Assembly: GCA_001443375.1 (NCBI GenBank)
Contig: LDXM01000004.1
Coordinates: 75,266 to 139,265 of the forward strand
Source of the DNA: Chloroflexi bacterium CSP1-4
Lineage (GTDB): Bacteria > Chloroflexota > Limnocylindria > Limnocylindrales > CSP1-4
Length of the DNA: 64,000 bases
Reading direction: 5' to 3'
In this document: positions 48,663 to 57,806 of the stretch, one piece after another
Layout of the letters: every line of letters begins with the position of its first letter
How positions within the stretch are numbered: position 1 is the stretch's first letter
The notes under the pieces: model-generated
Seen by the model: the letters and a program-made list of their open reading frames with translations, nothing else
Told to the model about the DNA's origin: nothing
The model's database searches: none
Position numbers and translations under genes: made by a program

Positions 48663-48986
48663 GTGCCCACTTACGACTACGGCTGCACCATCTGCGGTCG
48701 CGAGGTCGAGGTGATGCACGGCGTCCACGGCCCTGGGCCCGCGAGCTGCGAGCACTGCGGCGGGCCGATGCGCAAGCTTCTCTCCGCGCCGACCATCCAC
48801 TTCAAGGGCTCCGGCTGGGCGAAGAAGGACGCGCGCGACAGCGCGCGCAGCAGCAGCTCCGCCCGGACGGCCACGACGACCGAGTCGAAGACCGAGCCGA
48901 AGTCGGCGCCGACGGGGTCGACCCCCGAGGGAGCCGCGGGCTCGAAGACCTCGCCCGCCCCACCGAGCACGACGTCCGGCGCGTAG
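48663..48986 (+). CDS. FmdB-family putative regulatory zinc-ribbon protein
   Basis: MPTYDYGCTICGREVEVMHG...CEHCGG N-terminal CxxC-x(n)-CxxC of the FmdB family with an S/T/A-rich tail. GGAG SD. Length is 107 aa. Confidence 0.7.
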   Translation: MPTYDYGCTICGREVEVMHGVHGPGPASCEHCGGPMRKLLSAPTIHFKGSGWAKKDARDSARSSSSARTATTTESKTEPKSAPTGSTPEGAAGSKTSPAPPSTTSGA

Positions 48987-48990
48987 CCCG

Positions 48991-49236
48991 ATGCCGCGCC
49001 CGCCGTCGGACTGGATCACGCTGCGCGAGGCGGCCGAGATGTTCGCGGCCGCCAACATCGCCATCAGCCGCGACACGCTGGCCCGCTGGGCGAAGGGCGG
49101 CAAGCTGCAGAGCATCCGCCCCGGGCGCTACCTCTACGTCCGGCGGGCCCAGGTTCGCTCGCTGCTCACGCCCCGGCGCCGCGGCGTGCGCGTCGAGCGG
49201 CTTCAGCCGGGGCTCTTCGAGGACCTGGATGGCTGA
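48991..49236 (+). CDS. helix-turn-helix DNA-binding protein (excisionase/MerR-like small HTH)
   Basis: 81 aa. ITLREAAEMFAAANIAISRDTLARWAKGGKL fits an HTH_17-type motif. Confidence 0.55.
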   Translation: MPRPPSDWITLREAAEMFAAANIAISRDTLARWAKGGKLQSIRPGRYLYVRRAQVRSLLTPRRRGVRVERLQPGLFEDLDG

Positions 49237-49248
49237 ACCGGCACGGGG

Positions 49249-50172
49249 ATGCTCGACCGCCTGCTGAGTCACGGTCTGGCGCTCGTGGAGCGGGCGCTGC
49301 GCGTCCCCTGGATCGCCGAGGCGAGAAGCGTCGTGGCCGCCGACGCCGAGGCCGGCGGAAGCCTTCTCGCGGCCGCACTGGCGTATCGGGCCCTGTTCGG
49401 CCTCCTCTCCGGGCTCGTATGTGTGGCTGGGTTGATCGGCTGGCTCTTCGAGGACCCGACGCGACGGGCGGACGCCGTGGCGACCCTCGCGACGCTCGTG
49501 CCGGGAGTCGAACCGGTGGCCGGGATCGGGCTCGATTCCTTCGTTGCCGGCCGCGGTGCGCTCTCGATCCTGGGGCTCGTGGGCGCCGCCTGGGGCGCCA
49601 GCGCCTTCTATGACGCCCTGGACGGGGCCATCAACCGGGTGCTGCCCGGGTTGCGCGAGCGCAACCCGTTCGAGCGCCGCCTGCGCGGCATCGGCGCGGT
49701 GGTCGTGCTGGCGCTGTCCGGCGTGCTGGCCCTGGGCATCGGAGTGGCGCTGCCGACACTGCAGGACGTGGTGGGCGGCGAGCCGCTGCGCTTCCTCGTC
49801 GGGGCAGGGGAGGTCGGTCTGACCGTCGCCGTGCTGTGGGCGGGCGTCGTGACGATCTATCGCCTCGTGCCGACCGCCGCGCCATCGCTGTCCGCGGCGG
49901 GTCTGCCGGCGCTGGCCGTGGGCTGCGGCATCTGGCTCGCGGCGCAGGCCTATGCGCTGTTGACACCCCTGCTGGTGGGCGGCCTGGCCGTCTTCGGCGT
50001 CTTCGTCTCGCTGTTCGGCCTGCTCATCTGGCTCGGCTGGGTGAGCCAGCTGCTGCTCCTCGGCGCGTCATGGACGCGGGTCCGGCGCGACGGCAGCGGC
50101 GCGCTCATTCCTGGCGCGACCCGCAGCGACGGCAGAAGCGGGCCGACGCCGACAGGGGCAGGCCGCAGCTGA
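49249..50172 (+). CDS. YihY/BrkB (virulence factor BrkB / RNase BN-like) family membrane protein
   Basis: 307 aa with 6 TM helices and YihY-like topology (GGSLLAAALAYRALFGLL...). Confidence 0.8.
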   Translation: MLDRLLSHGLALVERALRVPWIAEARSVVAADAEAGGSLLAAALAYRALFGLLSGLVCVAGLIGWLFEDPTRRADAVATLATLVPGVEPVAGIGLDSFVAGRGALSILGLVGAAWGASAFYDALDGAINRVLPGLRERNPFERRLRGIGAVVVLALSGVLALGIGVALPTLQDVVGGEPLRFLVGAGEVGLTVAVLWAGVVTIYRLVPTAAPSLSAAGLPALAVGCGIWLAAQAYALLTPLLVGGLAVFGVFVSLFGLLIWLGWVSQLLLLGASWTRVRRDGSGALIPGATRSDGRSGPTPTGAGRS

Positions 50173-51151
50173 AGCAGGCCTGCACGCCCGAGCCGGGCCG
50201 GTTGATGACGCCGACGCTGGACTCCTCCCAGACGCTGGGCGTCGGCGGCAGGGCCTGGGATGCCGGTGTCGCCGGCCGCGGCCACGATGGCACCGGGGCG
50301 GCGGGCGATGGCGTCGGGCGCGGCAGGGCGGCGGGCGGTCGATAGACCGGGGCCTGGGGCGGCCAGGCCGGCGTGGGTTCCGCGGAGGGGGCATCGGGCG
50401 CGACCATCGTCCAGGCCGGCGCCACGCGCGGAGGCGCTGGCGGCACGAGAGGTGCCTCCGGCGCGGTCGGTGGCTGGACCACCCCGGCCTCCGGCTCGAC
50501 CGCCGCGGCCTCGGGCTCCGGCGCGGCGGCACCCTGGACTTCGGCCGGCTCCTCCCCCGGCAGCTCGACCGGCGTCAGCAGCTCGGGCAGGTACGCGTCG
50601 GGGGCGGCCTCGACGACGGAGTCCACCGCGGGCGCGGCCTGCGCCTCGACGACGGCTGCGGGTTCGGGCTCGGCGGCGACGGTGGCGGCCTCGACGATCG
50701 CGACCGGTGCCTCGACGGCGGGCAGGTCGATGGTCGGCCAGGCCTCCTCGCGGTCGTGCCCGTTCGCCGACGCCTCCGGCAGCGGCACCGCGATGGGCTC
50801 CAGGGTCGCCATCGCCGTCTCGATCCGGCCCGGCATGGGGGCGCAGGTCAGGCAGCGCCCGTCGACCTCGTTCCAGCAGCTCGTGCAGGTGTACTGGCGG
50901 CAGTCCATGCAGAAGTTGAAGGTGTGGTGGAAGGCCTCCATCTGCGCGGCCGCTCGACCACGCTCATCGTCGCGGCGGGCGTCGGCCAGGGCCGCCTCGA
51001 GGGGATCGTTGGACATGACGAAGTTCCTGAGCCCGCGCACGAGGACCCGCGCCTTGGCCACGGTCGGGCGCTTCGTCTGGGGCGCACCGGTCTCGAACGC
51101 ATAGCGCGTGCCACAGCGTTCGCAGAACGATTCGGTGAGGATCTCGGGCAT
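50105..51151 (-). CDS. double zinc-ribbon protein with long Pro/Ala-rich linker
   Basis: ATG at 51151. N-terminal CERCG...CMDC...CTSC...CLTC and C-terminal CFSCG...CRRCG zinc ribbons are separated by a ~150-aa low-complexity PEAPA region. TATACT lies about 56 nt upstream on the minus strand. Upstream ORF-track codons were rejected. Confidence 0.55.
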   Translation of the reverse strand: MPEILTESFCERCGTRYAFETGAPQTKRPTVAKARVLVRGLRNFVMSNDPLEAALADARRDDERGRAAAQMEAFHHTFNFCMDCRQYTCTSCWNEVDGRCLTCAPMPGRIETAMATLEPIAVPLPEASANGHDREEAWPTIDLPAVEAPVAIVEAATVAAEPEPAAVVEAQAAPAVDSVVEAAPDAYLPELLTPVELPGEEPAEVQGAAAPEPEAAAVEPEAGVVQPPTAPEAPLVPPAPPRVAPAWTMVAPDAPSAEPTPAWPPQAPVYRPPAALPRPTPSPAAPVPSWPRPATPASQALPPTPSVWEESSVGVINRPGSGVQACFSCGLPLSASARFCRRCGSRQE

Positions 51152-51301
51152 GGGTACGGGGATGGGATCGTCCTCGCGCGCGTGGCAGCCGGTGCCACGG
51201 GGGACAGAGTATAGTCCCGGCCGTCGAGCCCTCCCCCCGACGGGGGTACTCCCGGTGGCCGGGAGATGGTCCGGGGTCCCTCTGCTAGACTCGCCGACCC
51301 G

Positions 51302-52051
51302 ATGGCCCGTCCTCTCGCCGCACTCGAGCGCTTCTTCGAACGCCTCGTCGAGCGACCGATCGGCCGCCTCTTCCGCGCCCCGCTGGAGCCCGTCCAGGTC
51401 GAGCGGCGGCTCGGGCTGGCCATGGACGAGGGCCGGCGGACGGTGGCGGGCAGGACCCTCGCACCCGACCGCTACCGCGTCCAGCTCCATGCCCACGACC
51501 TCGCGTCGCTCCTGCGGGCGGATGCCAGGCTCGAGGCACGACTGGCGGAGGCGCTCCTTGCCCGCGCGCGAGCCAGAAGCTACGCGCTGCTCGACCGGCC
51601 GCGCGTGACCCTCCACGCTAACGCGGCCGTGCCGCGCGGCGACGTGGCCGTGACGGCGACGATCGTGGATCGACCCGCGGCAGGTCCGGACGCACCGTCG
51701 GGCGGTGAGGGCCTCCCCCTGGAGGCCACTGCCGTCTTCCCGGTCCCGGTTCCCACGCTGCCCCGCGCCGTCCTCGTCATGGGTGCGCCCGGGCGACCGG
51801 AGCGACGCACGCCGATCGAGAGCACGCCGATCCGCATCGGGCGCGCCACGGATAACGATGTCGTCCTGCCCGACGAACGGGTCTCGCGCCACCACGGCCT
51901 GCTGCTCCTGCGCCAGGGAGCGCTGGTCTACCGCGATCTTGGCAGCGCCAACGGCACGTTCCTCGGGGCGGCGCGCGTGAGCGAGGTGGCACTTGGATCG
52001 GGCGACGTGCTCCGCCTCGGCGAGACGACCTTGCGCGTGGAGGTCGCCTGA
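51302..52051 (+). CDS. fhaA: FhaA-like protein (DUF3662 N-domain plus C-terminal FHA domain)
   Basis: ATG at 51302 is 10 nt after TAGACT. The N-terminus ALERFFERLVERPIGRLF is FhaA-typical. The C-terminal FHA domain has IRIGRATDNDVVLPDERVSRHHGLLL...GSANGTFLG. Confidence 0.8.
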   Translation: MARPLAALERFFERLVERPIGRLFRAPLEPVQVERRLGLAMDEGRRTVAGRTLAPDRYRVQLHAHDLASLLRADARLEARLAEALLARARARSYALLDRPRVTLHANAAVPRGDVAVTATIVDRPAAGPDAPSGGEGLPLEATAVFPVPVPTLPRAVLVMGAPGRPERRTPIESTPIRIGRATDNDVVLPDERVSRHHGLLLLRQGALVYRDLGSANGTFLGAARVSEVALGSGDVLRLGETTLRVEVA

Positions 52052-52053
52052 GC

Positions 52054-52506
52054 GTGGATCCGCTGGCCATCAGCCTGTGGATCATCCGCCTGGCCTTCCT
52101 GGCCGCCCTCTACGCCTTCCTCTACCTCGTGCTGCGGGCCCTGTGGCGCGACCTGCAGGCGAATCTCCGCGGAGCCGACCGGCCCCTCGGTCGGCTCCGC
52201 GTCGTGGCCTCCCCGGACGGGATCCCTTCCGAGGGGTCGGTCTTCGCGCTCGATGCGATCAACACGCTCGGGCGCGACGTCAACAACACGGTCGTGGTGG
52301 ACGATGCCTTCGCATCGGGCCGCCACGCCGGGCTCACGTATCGTGGCCGCAGCTGGTACCTGGAGGATCTGGGCAGCACCAACGGGACCTGGTTGAACGG
52401 CGAACGCGTGGTGGCGCCCATGCTGCTCGGCTGGGGCGACGAAGTGCAGGTCGGCCGCGTGCGGTTGCGGCTGGACCGTCCCGACGTGCCCCCGGCGATC
52501 CGGTGA
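52054..52506 (+). CDS. fhaB: FhaB/FipA-like membrane-anchored FHA-domain protein
   Basis: N-terminal TM helix followed by an FHA domain (NTLGRDVNNTVVVDDAFASGRHAGL...GSTNGTWLNGERV). Length is 150 aa. Confidence 0.8.
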   Translation: MDPLAISLWIIRLAFLAALYAFLYLVLRALWRDLQANLRGADRPLGRLRVVASPDGIPSEGSVFALDAINTLGRDVNNTVVVDDAFASGRHAGLTYRGRSWYLEDLGSTNGTWLNGERVVAPMLLGWGDEVQVGRVRLRLDRPDVPPAIR

Positions 52507-53936
52507 CCGGCAGGGCAGGCATCGCCAACCGTCGCCGCCCGCGCTTCCGGCGGCGCGAGGCTCTCCTCCTCGGTGGCGTGGCCGGCGCCATCGCCTGCGG
52601 CTGGGTCAGCCTCGCCTCCACCGTCGCCGGCCGGCCGTCGGTGGGCGACCCGTCGCTGCTGCTGGCCTTCCTCGGCCTGCTCGCCGCGGCCCACGCCGTC
52701 CTGTCCCTGGCGGGGAGCCGCTGCGACGAAGTCCTGCTGCCCGTCACCGGCCTGCTGATGGGCCTCTCCCTGCTGATCATGGTGCGGCTGCCGCAGGGGC
52801 TCGTGGTGCAGGAGTTCGGGCCGCTGGAGCTGGGCCTGGCCCCCCTGCAACTGACCTTTATCGGGCTCTCGTTGACGGCGGCCACGGTCATCGCCGTCGC
52901 CCTGCGCAGCGACCTGTGGCTGCGCTCGTACAAGTACACCTGGGCGGCGGCCGGCATCGCCCTCCTCCTGCTCGTCTTTGCGTTCGGGGAGGAGACCAAC
53001 GGCGCCCGGCTGACGCTGCGCGTGGGACCCGTGGCCGGCCAGCCATCCGAGCTGCTGAAGATCCTGCTGGTCGTCTTCCTCGCCGGCTACCTGGCCGACA
53101 ACCGGGCGTTGCTGGCCGCACGGGTGACGCGGCTTGGCCCGCTCCGCCTGCCGCCGCTACCGTACCTGCTGCCGATGCTGGCGATGTGGGGGATCGCGCT
53201 CACCATCGTCGTCGTGCAGCGTGACCTCGGGGCGGCGCTGCTCTTCTACGCGGTCTTCCTGGTGCTCTTGTGGGTGGCCACGCAGCGGCTCGGGGACCTG
53301 GCCTTGGGCGTTCTCCTGTTCGTTGTCGGAGCGGTCGTCCTGTACGCGCTCTTCCCGCACGTGCGCGAGCGCGTGGAGATCTGGTTGGACCCCTTCGCCA
53401 CGGCGCAGGGCGCCGGCTTCCAGGTCGTGCGCGGCCTCTACGCCCTGGGTCGCGGCGGCGTCCTCGGCACGGGCCTCGGCGCCGGCCTGCCGGGCGTGGA
53501 CGGGCACCCCTCCATCCCCGCGGTGCACACGGACTTCGTCTTCGACGCGCTCGCCGAGGAGCTCGGCCTGGCCGGCGCACTGGTGATCCTCGCCCTCTAC
53601 GTCGTCCTCGCCGAGCGCGGGCTGCGCATCGCATCCGCGGCGCGCGACGACTTCCGCGCCCTCCTCGCAGCCGGCGTCACGCTCGTGGTCGTCGTCCAGG
53701 CGGCGATCATCGTGGCCGGCAATGCCAGGCTCATTCCGCTCACCGGGATCACGCTGCCCTTCGTCTCGTACGGCGGTTCCTCGTTGCTGGCCAACGGGAT
53801 CGTGCTCGGACTGCTCCTGTCGCTGGACGACACGCGGCTCGCGGCACCGCCACCGGCGCAGGCCATCGGCCGGCGTGAGCGGCTGCGCGACGCCGCAGGG
53901 GCCGTTGCCGGGCGCGTCGAGCGGGTCATCTCGTGA
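52503..53936 (+). CDS. rodA: SEDS-family peptidoglycan glycosyltransferase (RodA/FtsW)
   Basis: GTG overlaps the fhaB stop (GTGA). About 10 TM helices. Conserved SEDS motifs (...SELLKILLVVFLAGYL..., ...HTDFVFDALAEELG..., ...LPFVSYGGSS...). Confidence 0.85.
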   Translation: MTGRAGIANRRRPRFRRREALLLGGVAGAIACGWVSLASTVAGRPSVGDPSLLLAFLGLLAAAHAVLSLAGSRCDEVLLPVTGLLMGLSLLIMVRLPQGLVVQEFGPLELGLAPLQLTFIGLSLTAATVIAVALRSDLWLRSYKYTWAAAGIALLLLVFAFGEETNGARLTLRVGPVAGQPSELLKILLVVFLAGYLADNRALLAARVTRLGPLRLPPLPYLLPMLAMWGIALTIVVVQRDLGAALLFYAVFLVLLWVATQRLGDLALGVLLFVVGAVVLYALFPHVRERVEIWLDPFATAQGAGFQVVRGLYALGRGGVLGTGLGAGLPGVDGHPSIPAVHTDFVFDALAEELGLAGALVILALYVVLAERGLRIASAARDDFRALLAAGVTLVVVVQAAIIVAGNARLIPLTGITLPFVSYGGSSLLANGIVLGLLLSLDDTRLAAPPPAQAIGRRERLRDAAGAVAGRVERVIS

Positions 53937-55438
53937 GCGGCCTGCCCGACCTCCCGGCCCTGGGCGCACCGCCACGCATCGGGCCTGCGCTCCTGCGCGT
54001 GGCACTCGCCCTGATCGTCGTCTACGGCGCCATCGGCGCGGGCCTGAGCTGGTGGCAGGTGGTCGAGGCCGAGCGCCTCACGAGCGACCCGGGCAACCCC
54101 CTGCTGCTGGCCGCCGAGCGCGAAGGCCGCCGCGGCCGCATCGTCGACGCGCGCGGCGTCGTGCTGGCCGAGAGCGTCCCGGGGGGCGACGGCAGCTGGA
54201 CACGCCGCTACCCGCACCCGGAGGCGGCGCCCATCCTGGGCTACTTCAGTCCGGACTTCGGCTCGGCCGGCCTCGAGCGCAGCTTCGCCGCGGAGCTGCT
54301 CGGCCTCCGCTCCCTGGCGCCCGGTGGCGACCTGCTGCGCAAACTGCGGCGCGACTTGTACGACCCGCAGGACGTGCAGCTCTCGCTGGACGTGCGCCTG
54401 CAGCGTGCCGCCGTGGCGCTGCTGCGCGGCAAACGCGGCGCCATCGTCGCGATCGAGCCGGCTTCCGGGCGCATCCTGGCCCTGGCCAGCACGCCCTCCT
54501 TCGATCCGAACCGGATCGTCGATCCGGATACCGGCGCTGCCTACTTCGCCGACCTGCTCGACCGACCGGCCGAGGCGTCCGCGCTCCTCGATCGGGCCAC
54601 GATGGGCCGCTACACGCCCGGATCGGTGCTGAAGATCGCCACCGCTGTGGCCGGTCTCGGGTCGGGCGCGATCACGCCGCAGACCGTCTATCCCGAGCAG
54701 CCCGCCGAGGAGCGGACCGGCTTCCTGGTGGAGGGCTTCCGGGTGCGCGACGGTCATCACCCGCAGACCGGCCAGCGCACGCTCGATCTGACGGGGGCCA
54801 TCGAGGTCTCCTGCAACATCTGGTTCGCCCACGCCGGGCTCGACATCGGTGGCGAGCGGTTCCTCGCCTGGGGCGAGCGCATGGGGTTCGGTGCCGCCAT
54901 CCCCTTCGACGTGCCAACCGCGGCCAGCACCCTTGACGGCGGTGACGGCTTCGTCGACGACGTCGAGCTGGCGAATGCTGCCTACGGCCAGTCGGAGACG
55001 TTCGTCACGCCGCTGCAGATGGCGCTCGTGGCCGCGATCGTGGCTGACCGCGGCACGCTGATGCGGCCGCACGTCGTGGACGAGCTGCGCTCCGCGGACG
55101 GCCGGGTCCAGACCATCGCGCCGGAGGTTTGGCGACGGGTCCTCGATGCCGGGCAGGCGGAGACGATCGCGCGGGCCATGCAGCAGGCCGTGGAGGGCCG
55201 CCTGGGCCGCCGCTTCGCGGGTGCGGCGAAGGTGCCCGGCGTGCCCACCGCCGGCAAGAGCGGCACGGCCGAGCTCGGCGGCGAGCGCGAACCGCACGCC
55301 TGGTTCATTGGCTTCGCGCCCGTCGAGGCGCCGCGCATCGCCGTGGCCGTCATCGTCGAGAACGGTGGCGCGGGCAGCGCATCGGCCGTGCCGATGGGCG
55401 GCGAGCTGATGGCGGCCTGGCTCAAGCTGGCGCCCTGA
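53933..55438 (+). CDS. pbpA: penicillin-binding protein 2 (class B transpeptidase, PbpA-like)
   Basis: GTG overlaps the rodA stop (GTGA). N-terminal TM anchor. Transpeptidase motifs STPS-like (TPGSVLK), SCN (EVSCNIWF) and KSGT (GKSGTAE). Confidence 0.85.
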   Translation: MSGLPDLPALGAPPRIGPALLRVALALIVVYGAIGAGLSWWQVVEAERLTSDPGNPLLLAAEREGRRGRIVDARGVVLAESVPGGDGSWTRRYPHPEAAPILGYFSPDFGSAGLERSFAAELLGLRSLAPGGDLLRKLRRDLYDPQDVQLSLDVRLQRAAVALLRGKRGAIVAIEPASGRILALASTPSFDPNRIVDPDTGAAYFADLLDRPAEASALLDRATMGRYTPGSVLKIATAVAGLGSGAITPQTVYPEQPAEERTGFLVEGFRVRDGHHPQTGQRTLDLTGAIEVSCNIWFAHAGLDIGGERFLAWGERMGFGAAIPFDVPTAASTLDGGDGFVDDVELANAAYGQSETFVTPLQMALVAAIVADRGTLMRPHVVDELRSADGRVQTIAPEVWRRVLDAGQAETIARAMQQAVEGRLGRRFAGAAKVPGVPTAGKSGTAELGGEREPHAWFIGFAPVEAPRIAVAVIVENGGAGSASAVPMGGELMAAWLKLAP

Positions 55439-55541
55439 GCCGAGCCCCTGGAAACCCGCGAGGGCGGTCTGGCGTACCATCCACCGACGGTCCGGGGCGC
55501 CGCATCGCACCCCCAGGGGGAACCAGGAGGAAGCACCGCCG

Positions 55542-56513
55542 ATGGCGATCCATGAGTCGGGCGAGAAGGTCATCGCCAACGTGGAGCGGGTCATCGTGGG
55601 CAAGCACGAAGCTGTGCGCCTGGCCCTCGTGGCGCTGCTCTGCCAGGGCCACCTGCTCATCGAGGACGTGCCCGGCACCGGCAAGACCGTCCTGGCCAAG
55701 GCCATCGCGCGCAGCTTGGGCTGTAGCTTCCGGCGCATCCAGTTCACCCCGGACCTGCTGCCCTCCGATGTGACGGGCCTCTCCATCTTCAACCAGAAGA
55801 CCCAGGAGTTCGAGTTCAGGCCGGGGCCGATCATGGCCCAGATCGTGCTCGCCGACGAGATCAACCGGGCCACTCCCAAGACGCAGTCGGCGCTCCTCGA
55901 GTGCATGGAGGAGCGGCAGGCGACCATCGACGGCGTCACCCATCGGATGCCCGATCCATTCCTGGTCATCGCAACCCAGAACCCGATCGAGTACGAGGGC
56001 ACGTTCGCGCTGCCGGAGGCGCAGCTCGATCGCTTCATGCTCCGGCTCCGGCTGGGCTACCCGCAGCCCCTCGAGGAGATCGTCATCCTCGACGAGCAGA
56101 AGCGCATCCACCCCCTCGATGAGATCGGTGAGGTGCTGTCGGTCGCGGAGCTGCGCACCTTGCAGGTCGCCGTGCGCGAGATCTACGTCGACCCGTCGAT
56201 CAGCGACTACATCGTCCGCCTGGTCAACGCCACGCGGATCCACCCGGACATCTACCTCGGGGCGTCGCCGCGCGGCTCGCTCGCCCTCTACCGAGCCGGC
56301 CAGGCGTACGCGGCGCTGCACGGCCGCGACTACGTCATCCCCGACGACGTCAAGGCCGTGGCCGAGCCGGCGCTGTCGCACCGTCTGATCATCAAGACGG
56401 CGGCCACGATCCGCGACGTCGAGGCCGGCGCGACCGTGCGCGAGCTGCTCGAGACGGTGCCTATCGAGTCCCAGCCGGCCGGGCCGGACCGGCCCAGCGT
56501 GCGGCCGGCCTGA
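55542..56513 (+). CDS. MoxR-family AAA+ ATPase
   Basis: Walker A VPGTGKT, Walker [10 protein letters not shown] and MoxR-specific C-terminal lid. GGAGG SD. Length is 323 aa. Confidence 0.9.
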   Translation: MAIHESGEKVIANVERVIVGKHEAVRLALVALLCQGHLLIEDVPGTGKTVLAKAIARSLGCSFRRIQFTPDLLPSDVTGLSIFNQKTQEFEFRPGPIMAQIVLADEINRATPKTQSALLECMEERQATIDGVTHRMPDPFLVIATQNPIEYEGTFALPEAQLDRFMLRLRLGYPQPLEEIVILDEQKRIHPLDEIGEVLSVAELRTLQVAVREIYVDPSISDYIVRLVNATRIHPDIYLGASPRGSLALYRAGQAYAALHGRDYVIPDDVKAVAEPALSHRLIIKTAATIRDVEAGATVRELLETVPIESQPAGPDRPSVRPA

Positions 56514-56531
56514 GCCGCAGGCACGCGCGCC

Positions 56532-57806
56532 ATGCTGCGACGGCTGCCGGCCATCGTGCTCGGCGGGGCGCTGGTCATCGCCGCATTCTCGACCGGCGCC
56601 GACTTCCTCTTCTTCCTCCTCTACCTGGGCCTGCTCGTGGTGGGCGGCAGCTACCTGGTGACCCGCTTCGGGCTGGCCGACCTGGAGGCCGGTTACGCGC
56701 TCGACCGGCTCAACGGCCAGGTCGGAGAGGCGCTGCGGGTGACCTACACGATCCGCAACGCCGGCCGCCTCCCCAAGCTCTGGCTGGAGGCCTTCAACCC
56801 CTCCACGCTGCCCGTGCCGCTGCCGGGTCGGGCGCTGGTCCTGGGTCCCCGCGCGGAGCGATCCTGGGCGGCACGCGTGCCGCTCGTCGCGCGCGGCCAC
56901 TTCCGCGTCGACCCGCTGGTCATCCGCACCGGGGATCCGTTCGGGCTGTTCGAGGCCTCGGCGATGGTGGGGAGCGGGGCGGGCGTGACGATCTATCCCC
57001 GGGTCGAGCCGCTGCCACGCTGGCGCCTCCCGGCAAGCACGCTGGAGGGCACCAGCGCGACCCCCGAGCGCACGTCGCAGGCCACGCCGCTCGTCACCTC
57101 CATCCGCCCCTACGCACCGGGCGACGCCTACAACCGCATCCACTGGAAGAGCTCGGCCCGTCACCAGGAGCTTCAGGTCAAGGAGTTCGATCTCGAGCAG
57201 ACGGCCGACCTGTGGATCTACCTCGACCTCGATCGCCGCGTGCAGGCCGGCGAGGGTGACGAGTCCACGCTCGAGGCGGGCGTGCGCGTCGCCGCGGCGC
57301 TGGCCGCCGAGGCCATGCTCGAGAACCGCGCCGTGGGCATCACCGCGGCCGGCCACCGGGTGGCCACGCTGCCCGCCGACCGCGGCGGGCGGCAGCACCA
57401 GAAGATCATGTCCCTGCTGGCCGCCGTCGGCGCGGACGGCTCCACGCCGCTCGTGGAAGCGCTCATCGTCGGCCTGCCGCGGCTCCGGCGCGGCATGTCC
57501 GCGGTCGTCATCACGCCGTCGCTGGAGCGGGCGTGGGTGCGGCCGCTGGGCAGCCTGCGGGCGCGCGGCATCGCCTCGGCCGTCTGCCTCCTCGACCGCG
57601 CCGGCTACGACACGCACTGGCGGCATGCGACGGGGCGTCCAGCGCAGGCCCGCGAAGTCCTCGCCGAGCAAGAGCGGGTGGCCCGCGGCATGCGCCATGC
57701 CCTCGCCGAGTACGACCTGCCCGTCTATCCGATCGTGCCCGGCCGCAAGCTCGCCGAGCTGCTCGTGTCACCCGGCGGGCAGCGCCAGACGGCGGTGCGG
57801 GCGTGA
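56532..57806 (+). CDS. DUF58 (VWA-like) domain protein, MoxR partner
   Basis: Two N-terminal TM helices followed by the DUF58 core (...GDAYNRIHWKSSARHQELQVKEFD...). Typical MoxR-DUF58-transglutaminase gene triad. Confidence 0.8.
   Translation: MLRRLPAIVLGGALVIAAFSTGADFLFFLLYLGLLVVGGSYLVTRFGLADLEAGYALDRLNGQVGEALRVTYTIRNAGRLPKLWLEAFNPSTLPVPLPGRALVLGPRAERSWAARVPLVARGHFRVDPLVIRTGDPFGLFEASAMVGSGAGVTIYPRVEPLPRWRLPASTLEGTSATPERTSQATPLVTSIRPYAPGDAYNRIHWKSSARHQELQVKEFDLEQTADLWIYLDLDRRVQAGEGDESTLEAGVRVAAALAAEAMLENRAVGITAAGHRVATLPADRGGRQHQKIMSLLAAVGADGSTPLVEALIVGLPRLRRGMSAVVITPSLERAWVRPLGSLRARGIASAVCLLDRAGYDTHWRHATGRPAQAREVLAEQERVARGMRHALAEYDLPVYPIVPGRKLAELLVSPGGQRQTAVRA

Noticed and set aside
47849-48670. 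273-aa minus-strand ORF overlapping the 47906..48646 plus-strand gene
   Set aside because: The minus-strand product is low-complexity (G/R/A/E/V rich). The plus-strand product has diverse composition, an SD-GTG start and a terminal zinc ribbon.
48991-49236. Excisionase-like HTH as evidence of a prophage or integrative element
   Set aside because: No integrase, recombinase, att-like repeats or phage structural genes were seen nearby. Flanking genes are core housekeeping.
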